A DNA stretch of 64,000 bases from Gemmatimonadales bacterium (GCA_035457305.1 DATIBS010000131.1:1831-65830); one strand, 5' to 3'; shown: positions 1 to 9,328, counted from the stretch's first letter. A program made the numbers and translations. The notes: generated by a model from the sequence alone, not told the origin.

Positions 1-1595
1 CGACCGTGGCGCTTGCGGAGCCCGCCGGGTCCCCCGTGGTCGGGAACCCGGTGACGCTGGCCGCCTCCGCGAGCGACTCCGATGGCCATGTCGTCTCGGT
101 GTCGTTCTTCGACGGCACGACGCTCATCGGCACCGACGGCACCTCCCCCTTCGCGGCGACGTGGACGCCGAGCGCGGCCGGTCCGCGGACCCTGACGGCG
201 CGCGCCACCGACGAGGACGGTGCGGTGACCACCTCGCCGGGGGTCGCGGTCACGGTGCAGGATCAGGGTGGCAGCGACACCCAGCCCCCTACCGTCCGGT
301 TCCTCCAGCCGGCGGACTCGGCCACCGGCCTCGGCACGCTCGCCGTCTCGGTGGACGCGACCGACAACCTGGGGGTGGCCGGCGTCGAGTTCGAGCTCGA
401 CGGAACCCCGGTGGGCCCGGAGGACACCGCGGCCCCGTGGGGCTTCTCGCTCCCGAGGGCCGCGGCCTACACCGGCGGACAGCACGAGGTGCGCGCCCGG
501 GCGCGGGACGCCGCGGGCAACCGCTCGCCGTGGGTAAAGGTCACGTTCACGCTCGCCTCAGCGTCCGACCTGCCCCAGGGGTTCGTCCGCGAGCTGGTGA
601 CCGACGGACTCACCGCGCGGGTCACGGCCATCGCGTTCGCCCCCGACGGCCGGATGTTCGTCGCGCTCCAGAACGGGAGGATCGAGATCATCAGCGGGGG
701 CGTGCGGCTCGGGACGCCGTTCGTGGACCTGGATGTCAACTCGGCGGGCGAGCGCGGGCTGATCGGCCTCACGCTCGATCCGGCGTTCTCCTCGAACGGC
801 CGGGTCTACGTCCACTACACCACCGATGCGGGCGGCACCCACAACCGGATCAGCCGGCTCACCGCGAGCGGGAACATCTCCGCCGGCGAGACGGTGCTCG
901 TGAACCTGCCGGCGCTCTCCTCCGCCAGCAACCACAACGGCGGCGCGCTGGCATTCGGTGCCGACGGGAAGCTCTACGTCGGCGTCGGCGACAACGGAAA
1001 CACCACCGCCGCGCAGAGCACGTCGAGCGTGCTCGGCAAGCTGCTCCGCTTCAACGCCGACGGGACCATCCCGACCGACAACCCGTTCTACGGGCAGGTG
1101 AGTGGCCTGGCCCGCGCGATCTGGGGGCTCGGCCTGCGGAATCCCTTCACGTTCGCCTTCGATCCCGCCACCGCGACGCTCTTCATCAACGACGTCGGCG
1201 GCACCGAGTGGGAGGAGGTCAACGTGGGGGTGCGCGGCGGCAACTACGGCTGGCCCGGGTACGAGGGGCCGGCCGCCGCCCTGGGTCCGACGTCCCCACG
1301 CTACGCATACTGGCACGGCAACGACTTCGTCCCCGGCTTCGCGATCGTGGGCGGCGCCTTCTACCGGCCCGCGACGCAGCGCTTCCCGTCCGACTACGCG
1401 GGAGACTACTTCTTCGGCGACTACGTGTCCGGCCAGGTCCACCGGATGGACCCCGCGCGGGGCGACGTCGTCGGGGCATTCGCCCGCGGGTTCCCGGAGC
1501 TCACCGCGCTGGCGGTCGGCCCGGACGGCGCGCTGTACGTGGGTGCGGACGCGGGGAGCGGCACCGGAGTCCATCGCATCCGGTACGCGAACTAG
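1..1595 (+). CDS. PQQ-dependent sugar dehydrogenase-like (soluble glucose/sorbosone dehydrogenase family) beta-propeller protein with N-terminal Ig-like repeats; 5' end truncated by the window edge
   Basis: Open frame runs from the window edge to TAG 1593-1595. C-terminal half carries SGDH-type motifs (GLIGLTLDP, NHNGGALAFGADGKLYVGVGDNG, LGKLLRFNADGTIPTDNPF, GLRNPFTFAFDP, GGNYGWP). N-terminal part has repeated Ig-like segments (ATDNLGVAGVEFELDG). Confidence 0.75.
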   Translation, partial: TVALAEPAGSPVVGNPVTLAASASDSDGHVVSVSFFDGTTLIGTDGTSPFAATWTPSAAGPRTLTARATDEDGAVTTSPGVAVTVQDQGGSDTQPPTVRFLQPADSATGLGTLAVSVDATDNLGVAGVEFELDGTPVGPEDTAAPWGFSLPRAAAYTGGQHEVRARARDAAGNRSPWVKVTFTLASASDLPQGFVRELVTDGLTARVTAIAFAPDGRMFVALQNGRIEIISGGVRLGTPFVDLDVNSAGERGLIGLTLDPAFSSNGRVYVHYTTDAGGTHNRISRLTASGNISAGETVLVNLPALSSASNHNGGALAFGADGKLYVGVGDNGNTTAAQSTSSVLGKLLRFNADGTIPTDNPFYGQVSGLARAIWGLGLRNPFTFAFDPATATLFINDVGGTEWEEVNVGVRGGNYGWPGYEGPAAALGPTSPRYAYWHGNDFVPGFAIVGGAFYRPATQRFPSDYAGDYFFGDYVSGQVHRMDPARGDVVGAFARGFPELTALAVGPDGALYVGADAGSGTGVHRIRYAN

Positions 1596-1618
1596 ACTCG
1601 TCCCACCCAGCTTGCGGC

Positions 1619-3223
1619 GTGGAGCCCTCGCTCGACGCCGCCGGCGCCCTCCTCGCCCGTCACTTCGGGCACCCCGCGTTCCGCCCGCTCCAGGAGCGGG
1701 TGGTCCGCCCCCTGCTCGCCGGCCGCGACGTGCTCGGCGTCCTCCCCACCGGGGCGGGGAAGTCGGCCTGCTTCCAGGTTCCGGCCCTCCTCGGTCACGG
1801 ATTCACCCTCGTCGTCTCGCCGTTGATCTCCCTGATGCAGGACCAGGTCGAGGCGGCCCGCGGCCGGGGGCTCCCGGCGGTCGCACTCCACTCGGCGCTT
1901 CCGCCAGGCGCCCAGCGCGAGGCCGTCGGAGCGGTGGCGGCCGGGCGGATCCGGCTGCTCTACGCCTCCCCGGAGCGGCTTGCCCGGCTCGCGCGCGAAT
2001 TGCGCGAAGTCGGTGCGGCGCCGGCTCGGCTCGCGGTGGACGAGGCCCACTGCATCAGCGAGTGGGGACACGACTTCCGTCCGAGCTACCGGGTCCTCGG
2101 TCGGCACCGGCTCGCGCTCGGCTCGCCGCCCGTGGTCGCGCTCACCGGAAGCGCCACCCCCGAGGTCCGGGCCGACATCCGCCGGACGCTCCGATTCCGT
2201 GCCGGCGCCGCCGAGGTGGTCGGCTCGTTCGACCGCCGGAACCTCCGGTTTCTCGTGGTCCCGGTGGCGGACGAGCCGGGTCGCCTCCGGGCGCTGCTCG
2301 CGCTGCTCGGCCGGGCTGATCGCGTGGCCATCCTGTACGCGCCCACGCGACGCGTCACGGAGGCCCTTGCCCGCACCCTGGGCCGGCACGGCTTCCGGGC
2401 TGCGGCCTACCACGCGGGGCTGTCCCCGGACACGAGGCGCGTCACCCTCGATCGCTTCCGCGACGACGACCTCGAGGTCGTCGTGGCCACCTGCGCCTTC
2501 GGGATGGGCATCGACAAGCCGACCGTGCGCCTCGTGGTGCACTGGATGATGCCGCCGACGCCGGAGTCCTACTACCAGGAGGCCGGCCGGGCGGGCCGCG
2601 ATGGCGCACCGGCCGACTGCGTGCTCCTCCACGGCAGGGGCGACGCCGAGCTCCACCGGCGCCAGCTCGCCGTGACCTTCCCGCCGAGGGCGGTGGTGGA
2701 ACGGGCCTGGCGTGACCCGGCCACGGCCGGCCTGCCGCCGAACGTGCTGGCGTCGGTCGAACGGCTGCGCGGAGAGCTTCACCCGGAGCGGGGGCCGGTC
2801 CGGTGGGACCGGATCGAGCGGCGGCGGGAGCGTGCCGAGCGACGACTGGTTGCGATGGAGCGGTATGCCGGAGGGCGGGGCTGTCGTCGCCGGGCACTCA
2901 TCGGTTGGTTCGGGGAGCGCCTCCCGCGGTGCGCGGGTTGCGACCGGTGCGTCGTGCGACAGCCGCCGGCGCCCGCACCGGAGCCGTCGCCGCCGGTGGC
3001 GACGGAAGTGCGGGCGCGACTCCAGGCCTGGCGGGACGCGGTGGCGGCCACGGCCGGCCTTCCGCGGGAGTACGTCCTGGGTGATCGGGTGCTCGACGCG
3101 ATCGCGGCCGCTCGCCCCGGCACCCGCCGCATCCTTGGCCTGGTGCCGGGTTTCGGCCCCCGCGCCATGGCGCGCTTCGGCGAGGTGGTGCTGGCGATCA
3201 CCGCTGGACGGCAGGAGGGCTAG
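1619..3223 (+). CDS. recQ: ATP-dependent DNA helicase, RecQ family, with Zn-binding and HRDC regions
   Basis: FRPLQ, PTGAGKS, DEAHCISEWGHDFRPSY, TGSAT, ATCAFGMGIDKP, QEAGRAGRDG, Cys cluster CRRR..CAGCDRC and an HRDC-like tail. The first in-frame start after the upstream stop is GTG 1619. Confidence 0.9.
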   Translation: MEPSLDAAGALLARHFGHPAFRPLQERVVRPLLAGRDVLGVLPTGAGKSACFQVPALLGHGFTLVVSPLISLMQDQVEAARGRGLPAVALHSALPPGAQREAVGAVAAGRIRLLYASPERLARLARELREVGAAPARLAVDEAHCISEWGHDFRPSYRVLGRHRLALGSPPVVALTGSATPEVRADIRRTLRFRAGAAEVVGSFDRRNLRFLVVPVADEPGRLRALLALLGRADRVAILYAPTRRVTEALARTLGRHGFRAAAYHAGLSPDTRRVTLDRFRDDDLEVVVATCAFGMGIDKPTVRLVVHWMMPPTPESYYQEAGRAGRDGAPADCVLLHGRGDAELHRRQLAVTFPPRAVVERAWRDPATAGLPPNVLASVERLRGELHPERGPVRWDRIERRRERAERRLVAMERYAGGRGCRRRALIGWFGERLPRCAGCDRCVVRQPPAPAPEPSPPVATEVRARLQAWRDAVAATAGLPREYVLGDRVLDAIAAARPGTRRILGLVPGFGPRAMARFGEVVLAITAGRQEG

Positions 3224-3247
3224 AGGGCAAGTTGAGTCCTCGGCATT

Positions 3248-3272
3248 CCCCGCTCCCCGCTCCCCGCTCCCC
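3248..3272. repeat. Tandem heptad repeat (CCCCGCT)x3.5 abutting the dmpA-like ATG; the minus strand reads GGGGAGC repeats (G-quadruplex consensus)
   Basis: Direct read: CCCC GCT CCCC GCT CCCC GCT CCCC followed by ATG at 3273. A 21-nt identical copy (TCCCCGCTCCCCGCTCCCCAT) occurs at about 38305-38325. Confidence 0.8.
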
Positions 3273-4394
3273 ATGTCAACCCGGCTCACCCTGTTGCTCA
3301 CAGTCCTCGCTTCGCCCCTCGCCGCGCAGGCCCGCGCGCGAGACCTCGGCGTGGCGCCCGGCATCTTCGCGCCCGGCCCGCACAATGCGATCACCGACGT
3401 GGCCGGGGTCCGCGTGGGGCACGCCACCGTGATCCGCGGTGACTCGGTCCGGACCGGGGTCACCGTCGTCCTCCCCCACGCCGGCAACCCGTTCCTCGAC
3501 CGGGTGCCGGCGGGGCTCCACGTCGGCAACGGATTCGGCAAGCTGCTGGGCGTGACCCAGGTGCGCGAACTGGGCGAGCTCGAGTCCCCCATCCTCCTCA
3601 CCTGCACCCTCTGCGTCTGGAAGGCCGCCGATGCGCTGGCGGCGTGGATGCTGCGCCAGCCCGGCATGGAACAGGTCCGCTCCATCAACGTGGTGGTGGG
3701 CGAGACCAATGACGCCGGCCTCAATGCCATCCGCAGCCGCCCGATCGAGGCCGTGGACGTCGAGCGGGCCCTCGGCGCCGCCGACACCGGCGCGGTCGTC
3801 GAGGGGGCGGTCGGCGCGGGAGCCGGGACGGTCGCGTTCGGCTGGAAGGGTGGCATCGGCACCAGCTCCCGCCGGCTGCCCGCCGCGCTCGGCGGGTGGA
3901 CCGTCGGCGTCCTGGTGCAGAGCAACTTCGGCGGGATGCTGCAGGTTCTCGGCGTGCCGGTGGGGGAGCGCCTCGGGCGGTTCGCCTACCGCAGCGCGGT
4001 GGCCCCGGCGCCGGGCGACGGTTCGATCATGATCGTGCTGGCCACGGACGCGCCGGTGGGGGAGCGGAATCTCGGCCGCCTCGCGAGCCGGGCGATGCTC
4101 GGGCTCGCCCGCACCGGCTCCTTCGCCTCGAACGGCTCCGGCGACTACGTCCTCGCCTTCAGCACGGCGGCCGCGCTCCGGCGCCGCCCGGGCGAGGCGC
4201 CGCCCGCCGCCGCGGAACTCGGCAACGAGGCCGCGTCGCCGCTCTTCGCTGCGGTGGTGGAGGCGACGGAGGAGGCGATCTACAACTCGCTCTTCACCGC
4301 CACCACCGTGGAGTCCAACGGACAGCGGGTGGAGGCGCTGCCGCTCGACCGGGTGCGGGAGCTCCTGGCCGAATACCGCGCCGCCCGTCGCTGA
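3273..4394 (+). CDS. P1/DmpA-family (peptidase S58) aminopeptidase, secreted
   Basis: Signal peptide MSTRLTLLLTVLASPLAAQA. DmpA/BapA-like motifs (ITDVAGVRVGH, NGFG, GETNDAGLN). Self-cleavage-type site GDG/SIMIVLATDAP. Confidence 0.8.
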   Translation: MSTRLTLLLTVLASPLAAQARARDLGVAPGIFAPGPHNAITDVAGVRVGHATVIRGDSVRTGVTVVLPHAGNPFLDRVPAGLHVGNGFGKLLGVTQVRELGELESPILLTCTLCVWKAADALAAWMLRQPGMEQVRSINVVVGETNDAGLNAIRSRPIEAVDVERALGAADTGAVVEGAVGAGAGTVAFGWKGGIGTSSRRLPAALGGWTVGVLVQSNFGGMLQVLGVPVGERLGRFAYRSAVAPAPGDGSIMIVLATDAPVGERNLGRLASRAMLGLARTGSFASNGSGDYVLAFSTAAALRRRPGEAPPAAAELGNEAASPLFAAVVEATEEAIYNSLFTATTVESNGQRVEALPLDRVRELLAEYRAARR

Positions 4395-5570
4395 TCAGTC
4401 GGGCAGCGCCAGCTCCACCCGGTAGACCCGGCCCGAGGCCAGCACCACGTACACCTCGCCCGCGGCATCCTCGCCGAAGCCGGTCACGTTGTCGTTCGCG
4501 ACCGGCAGGGCCCACTCCGACCGGTCCACCGGGGCGCCGGCGCTGGAGCGACGGACCACCCGGACCAGGCTCCGGCAGAAATCCCCGTAGAGGTAGTAGC
4601 CACGGAGCGCGGGCCAGGCGGCGCCGCGGTACACGTGGCCGCCGGTGATGGAGCAGCCCTGGCCGTGGTCGTAGACCAGGAACGGCGGCGTCAGGCCGGC
4701 CGACCGGCACCCGGCGGGGGGGAGGAAGCACGCCGAGCCCTCGCGGTAGGGCCAGCCGAGGTTGAGGCCGCCCGACCCGGCGGGCAGGAAATCGAGCTCC
4801 TCCACCGCGTCCTCCCCCACGTCGCCCAGCCAGAGATCCCCGGTCTGGCGGTCGAAGCTCCAGCGGTACGGGTTCCGCAGCCCCAGGTGCCAGATCTCGC
4901 CGGCCCAGTCCGGGCGCCCGAGGAACGGATTGTCCGGTGGGATCGCATACGGCGTCCCGGCGTCCACGTCGAGCCGGAGCATCTTGCCGCGCAGGTTCGT
5001 GCTGTCCTGTGCCGGACTGCTCGCCGCGGTCCCGCCGGTCTCGCCATCGCCGAGCCCCACGTACAGCATCCCGTCCGGCCCGAAGCCGATCGTCCCGCCG
5101 TAGTGCACCGCGTACTCGTTGATGTCGAGGGCGAGCAGGGTGTCCACCACATCCGGCTCGGCCGCATCGAACGAGGCGGCCGCGCGCATTTCCACGAGGC
5201 GGGCGTCCTCGTTCGGGTTGATGTAGTAGACGAAGAACCGGCGGTTGGCTCCGTACTGCGGATGGAACGCGAGGCCGAGGACGCCGTACTCGAGCCCGGA
5301 GCCGGGGGCGCCGGTGAGCCCGGTCAGGTCGGCGAAGGGCGTCGGCGAGCGGACGCCGTTCTTCCGCAGGTGCACGACGCCGCCGCGCTCGAGCACCAGC
5401 AGGCGGGTCGGGTCCCCGGGCGGAGCCACCGCGAAGACAGGAAAGTCGAGCCCGCTGTCGACCGGGGCGAAGCGGAGCGCGACGGGAGAGGTGCCCGGGC
5501 CGGAACCGCCGTCGGAGCAGGCGGCCGCGACGATGATCGCGAGCGGGAGGAGTCGGGTCGGGAGGCGCAT
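4395..5570 (-). CDS. PQQ-dependent sugar dehydrogenase-like (SGDH family) lipoprotein
   Basis: Start ATG at 5570 (MRLPTRLLPLAIIVAAAC, lipobox). Motifs GVLGLAFHP, HYGGTIGFGPDGMLYVGLGDG, LRGKMLRLDVD, GLRNPYRWSFD, LNLGWP. Paralog of the gene at 1-1595. Confidence 0.8.
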   Translation of the reverse strand: MRLPTRLLPLAIIVAAACSDGGSGPGTSPVALRFAPVDSGLDFPVFAVAPPGDPTRLLVLERGGVVHLRKNGVRSPTPFADLTGLTGAPGSGLEYGVLGLAFHPQYGANRRFFVYYINPNEDARLVEMRAAASFDAAEPDVVDTLLALDINEYAVHYGGTIGFGPDGMLYVGLGDGETGGTAASSPAQDSTNLRGKMLRLDVDAGTPYAIPPDNPFLGRPDWAGEIWHLGLRNPYRWSFDRQTGDLWLGDVGEDAVEELDFLPAGSGGLNLGWPYREGSACFLPPAGCRSAGLTPPFLVYDHGQGCSITGGHVYRGAAWPALRGYYLYGDFCRSLVRVVRRSSAGAPVDRSEWALPVANDNVTGFGEDAAGEVYVVLASGRVYRVELALPD

Positions 5571-5745
5571 GGGGGGAAACTTCGCCCGCTCGCTGCTCGC
5601 CGTCATCCCCTGCCGTCCCTTCACCGTGGAGGGCGCCCAGGTCCGGCATGAAGCTCCACCGCTGTGAACCGGAGGAATCCGTGCCCTCCGCGGTGAATGG
5701 GGGGCGGGTATATTCCGGCAACCCCGCACCTCCGAGTCGAGCCTG

Positions 5746-6963
5746 ATGGATGCGTCCCTGTACTTCACCGAGCAGCACGAGCAGGTCCGCGAGATGGTCC
5801 GCGCCTTCGCTGCGGAGCACGTCGCTCCGGTGGCCCGCGAGCTGGATCGCACCTCGGCCTTCCCGTGGGAGAACGTGAAGCGCATGGGCGAACTCGGGCT
5901 CCTCGGGGTGCCCTGGCCCGAGGAACTGGGCGGCGCCGGGATGGACCAGCTCTCCTACTACGTGGTGCTGCACGAGCTGGCGAAGGTGGACGCGAGCCAC
6001 GCCCTGACCGTCAGCGCCCACACCAACCTCGGGACCTCCCCCATCGTCGAGTTCGGCAGCGAGGAGCAGCGCCGGCGCTACGTGCCGCTCCTCGCGGCCG
6101 GCACTGTGCTCGGCGGGTTCGGCCTCACCGAGCCCGGGGCGGGGAGCGATGCGGGCGGCACCGCCACGGTCGCCGAGGACCGGGGCGACCACTGGCGGCT
6201 CAATGGCAGCAAGATCTTCATCACTCACGCCGGCGTGGGCGAGATCTTCTCCGTCACCGCGCGCACCGGGCCGGGCCACGGCAGCCGGGGCATCACCAGC
6301 TTCCTGGTCACCAAGGACACGGTGGACCTCGAGCGGTGCGCGGCGCTCGGGGTGGGCCACGCGCCGGACCTGCCGAAGACCCCCGGGGTGCGGGCCGGGA
6401 AGAAGGAGGAGAAGATGGGCTGGCGCGCGAGCGACACGCGCGAGCTGATCCTCGAGGACGCCGTGGTGCCCAAGGACAACATCCTCGGCCGGCCCGGCGA
6501 GGGATTCGTCAACTTCCTCAAGACGCTGGACGCCGGGCGCATCGGGATCGCCGCGGTGTCCCTCGGGATCGCGGAGGGAGCCTACCACGAGGCACTCCGC
6601 TACGCCGGGAGCCGGAAGCAGTTCGGGCGGTACATCGGCAGCTTCCAGGGGATCCACTTCCAGCTCGCCGACCTCGCGATGGAGATCGAGGCGGGCACCC
6701 ACCTGCTGTACCACGCCGCCTGGCTCAAGCAGACCGGCCGCCCCTTCAAGACCGAGGCGGCCATGGCCAAGCTCTTCTGCTCCGAACTCGCGATGCGCGC
6801 GACCACCAAGGCGGTGCAGGTCTTCGGCGGCTACGGGTACACCACCGACTACCCGGTGGAGCGGATGATGCGGGACGCCAAGGTCTGCGAGATCGGCGAG
6901 GGGACCAGCGAGATCCAGCGCATCGTCATCGCCCGCCAGATCCTCGGGGACGTCGTCGCCTGA
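5746..6963 (+). CDS. Acyl-CoA dehydrogenase
   Basis: Full-length ACAD pattern: [93 protein letters not shown]. Confidence 0.9.
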   Translation: MDASLYFTEQHEQVREMVRAFAAEHVAPVARELDRTSAFPWENVKRMGELGLLGVPWPEELGGAGMDQLSYYVVLHELAKVDASHALTVSAHTNLGTSPIVEFGSEEQRRRYVPLLAAGTVLGGFGLTEPGAGSDAGGTATVAEDRGDHWRLNGSKIFITHAGVGEIFSVTARTGPGHGSRGITSFLVTKDTVDLERCAALGVGHAPDLPKTPGVRAGKKEEKMGWRASDTRELILEDAVVPKDNILGRPGEGFVNFLKTLDAGRIGIAAVSLGIAEGAYHEALRYAGSRKQFGRYIGSFQGIHFQLADLAMEIEAGTHLLYHAAWLKQTGRPFKTEAAMAKLFCSELAMRATTKAVQVFGGYGYTTDYPVERMMRDAKVCEIGEGTSEIQRIVIARQILGDVVA

Positions 6964-6972
6964 GCCGGGGCG

Positions 6973-7002
6973 TTGCCTCCAAGCCGCTGCCGTTCCTACA
7001 TT
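6973..7002 (+). promoter_or_regulatory. Candidate sigma70-type promoter for the long rng leader
   Basis: TTGCCT (6973-6978), 18-nt spacer, TACATT (6997-7002), in one of the few A/T-richer patches of the 346-nt intergenic region. Confidence 0.3.
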
Positions 7003-7309
7003 TGCCACATGATTCTGGCGCTTCGCCGCCTGCGTGAACTGCTCGCCTCCGGCCCGGACCGGCCGGGGGCGCGTGCTGTCGTGAGTTGGGGCCCGCCCGC
7101 GGGGCGGGTCCGCAGGTCATTCCTGGCCATCCTCTCCGCCCGGGCGCACGGGTGCGCGGCTGCCGCGAGTCTGCGGCCCGTCCCGCCGGCTCCCGACGCC
7201 GGGCGGAAGGTGGCCGGCCGGCCCCTCCGGGCCCGCTTCCCACTGCCAGCCGCCAGCCCCTCGTGGCGCCCGCTCGGGCGCCTGCGGGAGGCGGCCGAGG
7301 ACTTCCGCC

Positions 7310-8917
7310 TTGAAACGCGTCATCCTCATCAATGGCGGCCAGCGCGAGTCGCGCGTCGCCATCCTGGAAGACGACACCCTCGTCGAGCTCCTCTACGACC
7401 GTCCTGACCAGCGGCGGACCGTAGGCGACATCTATCTCGGCCGCGTGGACGCGGTGCTGCCTGGGCTCCAGGCGGCCTTCGTCGATATCGGCCTCGAGAA
7501 GAGCGCCTTCCTGCACGCCTCCGACCTCGTGGAACCGGAGGAGGACGAAGAGCCGGGCGATGAGGAGGAGGAAGACACCGCCGAGGGCGGCGAGGAGGCC
7601 GAGGAGGCCGAACCCGCCAAGGCCGGGAACGGCAACGGGGGCGGGGGCCGCCGCCGCCGCGGTCGGCGCCCCGTCCCGGACATCGGCGACCAGCTGAAGA
7701 AGGGCGAGACGATCCTCGTCCAGGTCACCAAGGAGCCCATCAGCACCAAGGGCTGCCGGGTGACCAGCCAGATCTCCCTGCCGGGCCGCTTCCTCGTCTA
7801 CATGCCCCACGCCTCCCGGGTGGGCGTGAGCCGGAAGATCGAGCAGCGCGAGCAGCGCGCGAAGCTGCGCGAGATGGTCTCCAAGGTCGTGCCCAAGGAC
7901 ATGGGCGGGTTCATCGTCCGGACCGTCGCCGAGGAGGTCACCGAGGAGCACTTCCAGCGCGAGGTCGACTCGCTGCTCGGCCTCTGGCGCAAGATCAACC
8001 GGAAGAAGCTCTACGTCCGGGCCCCGGCGCTGGTCCACCGGGAGACGAGCCTCACCCGCGGCATCATCCGGGACCTCTTCAGCGCCAAGGTGGATGCGCT
8101 CCACGTCGACACGAAGGAACTTCACCACGAGATCGGGCAGTACCTGAACCAGGTCGACCCCACCCTGATGGAGCGCGTTCATCTCTACCAGGAGTCGACG
8201 CCGCTCTTCGACAAGTTCGACATTGAGGCCGAGATCCGGGACCTCTTCAAGGCCCGCTGCGAACTCCCGACCGGCGGATCGCTGGTCATCCAGCCGACCG
8301 AGGCCCTGGTGTCGATCGACGTGAACACGGGTCGATACACGGGGAAGAAGGACCCCGAGAAGACGATCCTCCGCACCAATCTCGAGGCGGCACGGGAGAT
8401 CGCCCGGCAGATCCGCCTCCGGGACATCGGCGGGATCATCGTCTGCGACTTCATCGACATGGAGTCGCGCAGCAACCGGGACCGGGTGCTGCAGGAGCTC
8501 CGCACGCACCTCGGCCGCGACCGTGCCCGCACCAAGGCCTACGCCGTCTCGGAGCTCGGGCTGATCGAGATGACCCGGCAGCGGGTCCGGCCCTCGCTCT
8601 GGCATTCGCAGACTGTCGAGTGTCCCGCTTGCGCCGGTACGGGCCGGGTCTTCCGTCCGGAGATCGTCGCCCGCCGGCTGGAGCGTTCCCTCCGCCGTGC
8701 GGGGCACGAGCACAAGGAGCGGCAGCTGGCCGTCCGGGTCCACCCCGAGGTCGCCCTCTACATGTTCGAGGAGGAGCCGAAGCTGCTGCAGACCCTGGCC
8801 CGGAGCACCGGGCTCGACCTGGTGGTCCGGGACGACCCGATGATGCGGCTGGACGAATTCCGGCTGATGAGCCGGCCCGCCGGCCGGGACGTCACCGACA
8901 TCTACGCGGTGGCCTAG
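7310..8917 (+). CDS. rng: Rne/Rng-family ribonuclease (RNase G size) with an acidic/Arg-rich insertion in the S1 domain
   Basis: TTG start. S1 region GDIYLGRVDAVLPGLQAAFVDIG. Catalytic-core motifs (SLPGRFLVYMP, GGFIVRT, GGSLVIQPTEALVSIDVNTG, NLEAAREIARQIRLRDIGGIIVCDFIDM). Zn-link CPACAGTG. Confidence 0.85.
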   Translation: MKRVILINGGQRESRVAILEDDTLVELLYDRPDQRRTVGDIYLGRVDAVLPGLQAAFVDIGLEKSAFLHASDLVEPEEDEEPGDEEEEDTAEGGEEAEEAEPAKAGNGNGGGGRRRRGRRPVPDIGDQLKKGETILVQVTKEPISTKGCRVTSQISLPGRFLVYMPHASRVGVSRKIEQREQRAKLREMVSKVVPKDMGGFIVRTVAEEVTEEHFQREVDSLLGLWRKINRKKLYVRAPALVHRETSLTRGIIRDLFSAKVDALHVDTKELHHEIGQYLNQVDPTLMERVHLYQESTPLFDKFDIEAEIRDLFKARCELPTGGSLVIQPTEALVSIDVNTGRYTGKKDPEKTILRTNLEAAREIARQIRLRDIGGIIVCDFIDMESRSNRDRVLQELRTHLGRDRARTKAYAVSELGLIEMTRQRVRPSLWHSQTVECPACAGTGRVFRPEIVARRLERSLRRAGHEHKERQLAVRVHPEVALYMFEEEPKLLQTLARSTGLDLVVRDDPMMRLDEFRLMSRPAGRDVTDIYAVA

Positions 8918-8937
8918 GCCGGCGGCGCTCGGCGGCC

Positions 8938-8966
8938 TTGACCGAGGGCCGCAAAGCGGCTAGCTT
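8938..8966 (+). promoter_or_regulatory. Candidate promoter of rplU-rpmA
   Basis: TTGACC (8938-8943), 17 nt, TAGCTT (8961-8966), about 40 nt upstream of the rplU ATG. Confidence 0.45.
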
Positions 8967-9006
8967 GTGAGGCTTACAACCCGCAGGCTCTCAGGCAGGA
9001 TTGGCC

Positions 9007-9321
9007 ATGTACGCGATTTTCCGGGCGCTCGGCAAGCAGTTCAGGGCGGAGAAGGGGCAGGTGCTCCGGCTCCCGCGGATGCAGGAGGCCCCCGGCACGA
9101 CCGTGACCTTCGACGAGGTGCTCCTCACCTCCGACGGGGAATCCGTGAAGACCGGCACCCCGACCGTGAAGGGCGCCCGGGTCGTCGCGGAAGTCCTCGG
9201 CGAGGGCAAGGGCGAGAAGCTCTACGTCTTCAAGTTCCGCCGCCGGAAGAACTATCGCCGGAAGACTGGCCACCGCCAGCATTTCACCGAGGTCCGCGTG
9301 ACGGACCTGACGGTCGGCTGA
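9007..9321 (+). CDS. rplU: 50S ribosomal protein L21
   Basis: [17 protein letters not shown]...[26 protein letters not shown] 9007 is preferred over the in-frame TTG 9001. Confidence 0.95.
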   Translation: MYAIFRALGKQFRAEKGQVLRLPRMQEAPGTTVTFDEVLLTSDGESVKTGTPTVKGARVVAEVLGEGKGEKLYVFKFRRRKNYRRKTGHRQHFTEVRVTDLTVG

Positions 9322-9328
9322 GGATCCC

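Noticed and set aside
161-1618. An N-terminal extension that would make recQ a 1020-aa protein (track ORF 161..3223).
   Set aside because: The extension overlaps the well-supported SGDH gene in another frame and is Arg/Gly/Pro-rich. Helicase motifs begin only after GTG 1619, which is the first start codon downstream of the SGDH stop.
6964-7309. The long intergenic region as a housekeeping ncRNA (SRP RNA, 6S, RNase P or tmRNA) or a small protein gene.
   Set aside because: I could find no conserved SRP domain-IV motif (GGAAGCAGC-type), no tmRNA tag/T-arm and no RNase P P4 signatures. The track ORFs there are low-complexity. A structured 5' UTR of rng is the simpler reading.
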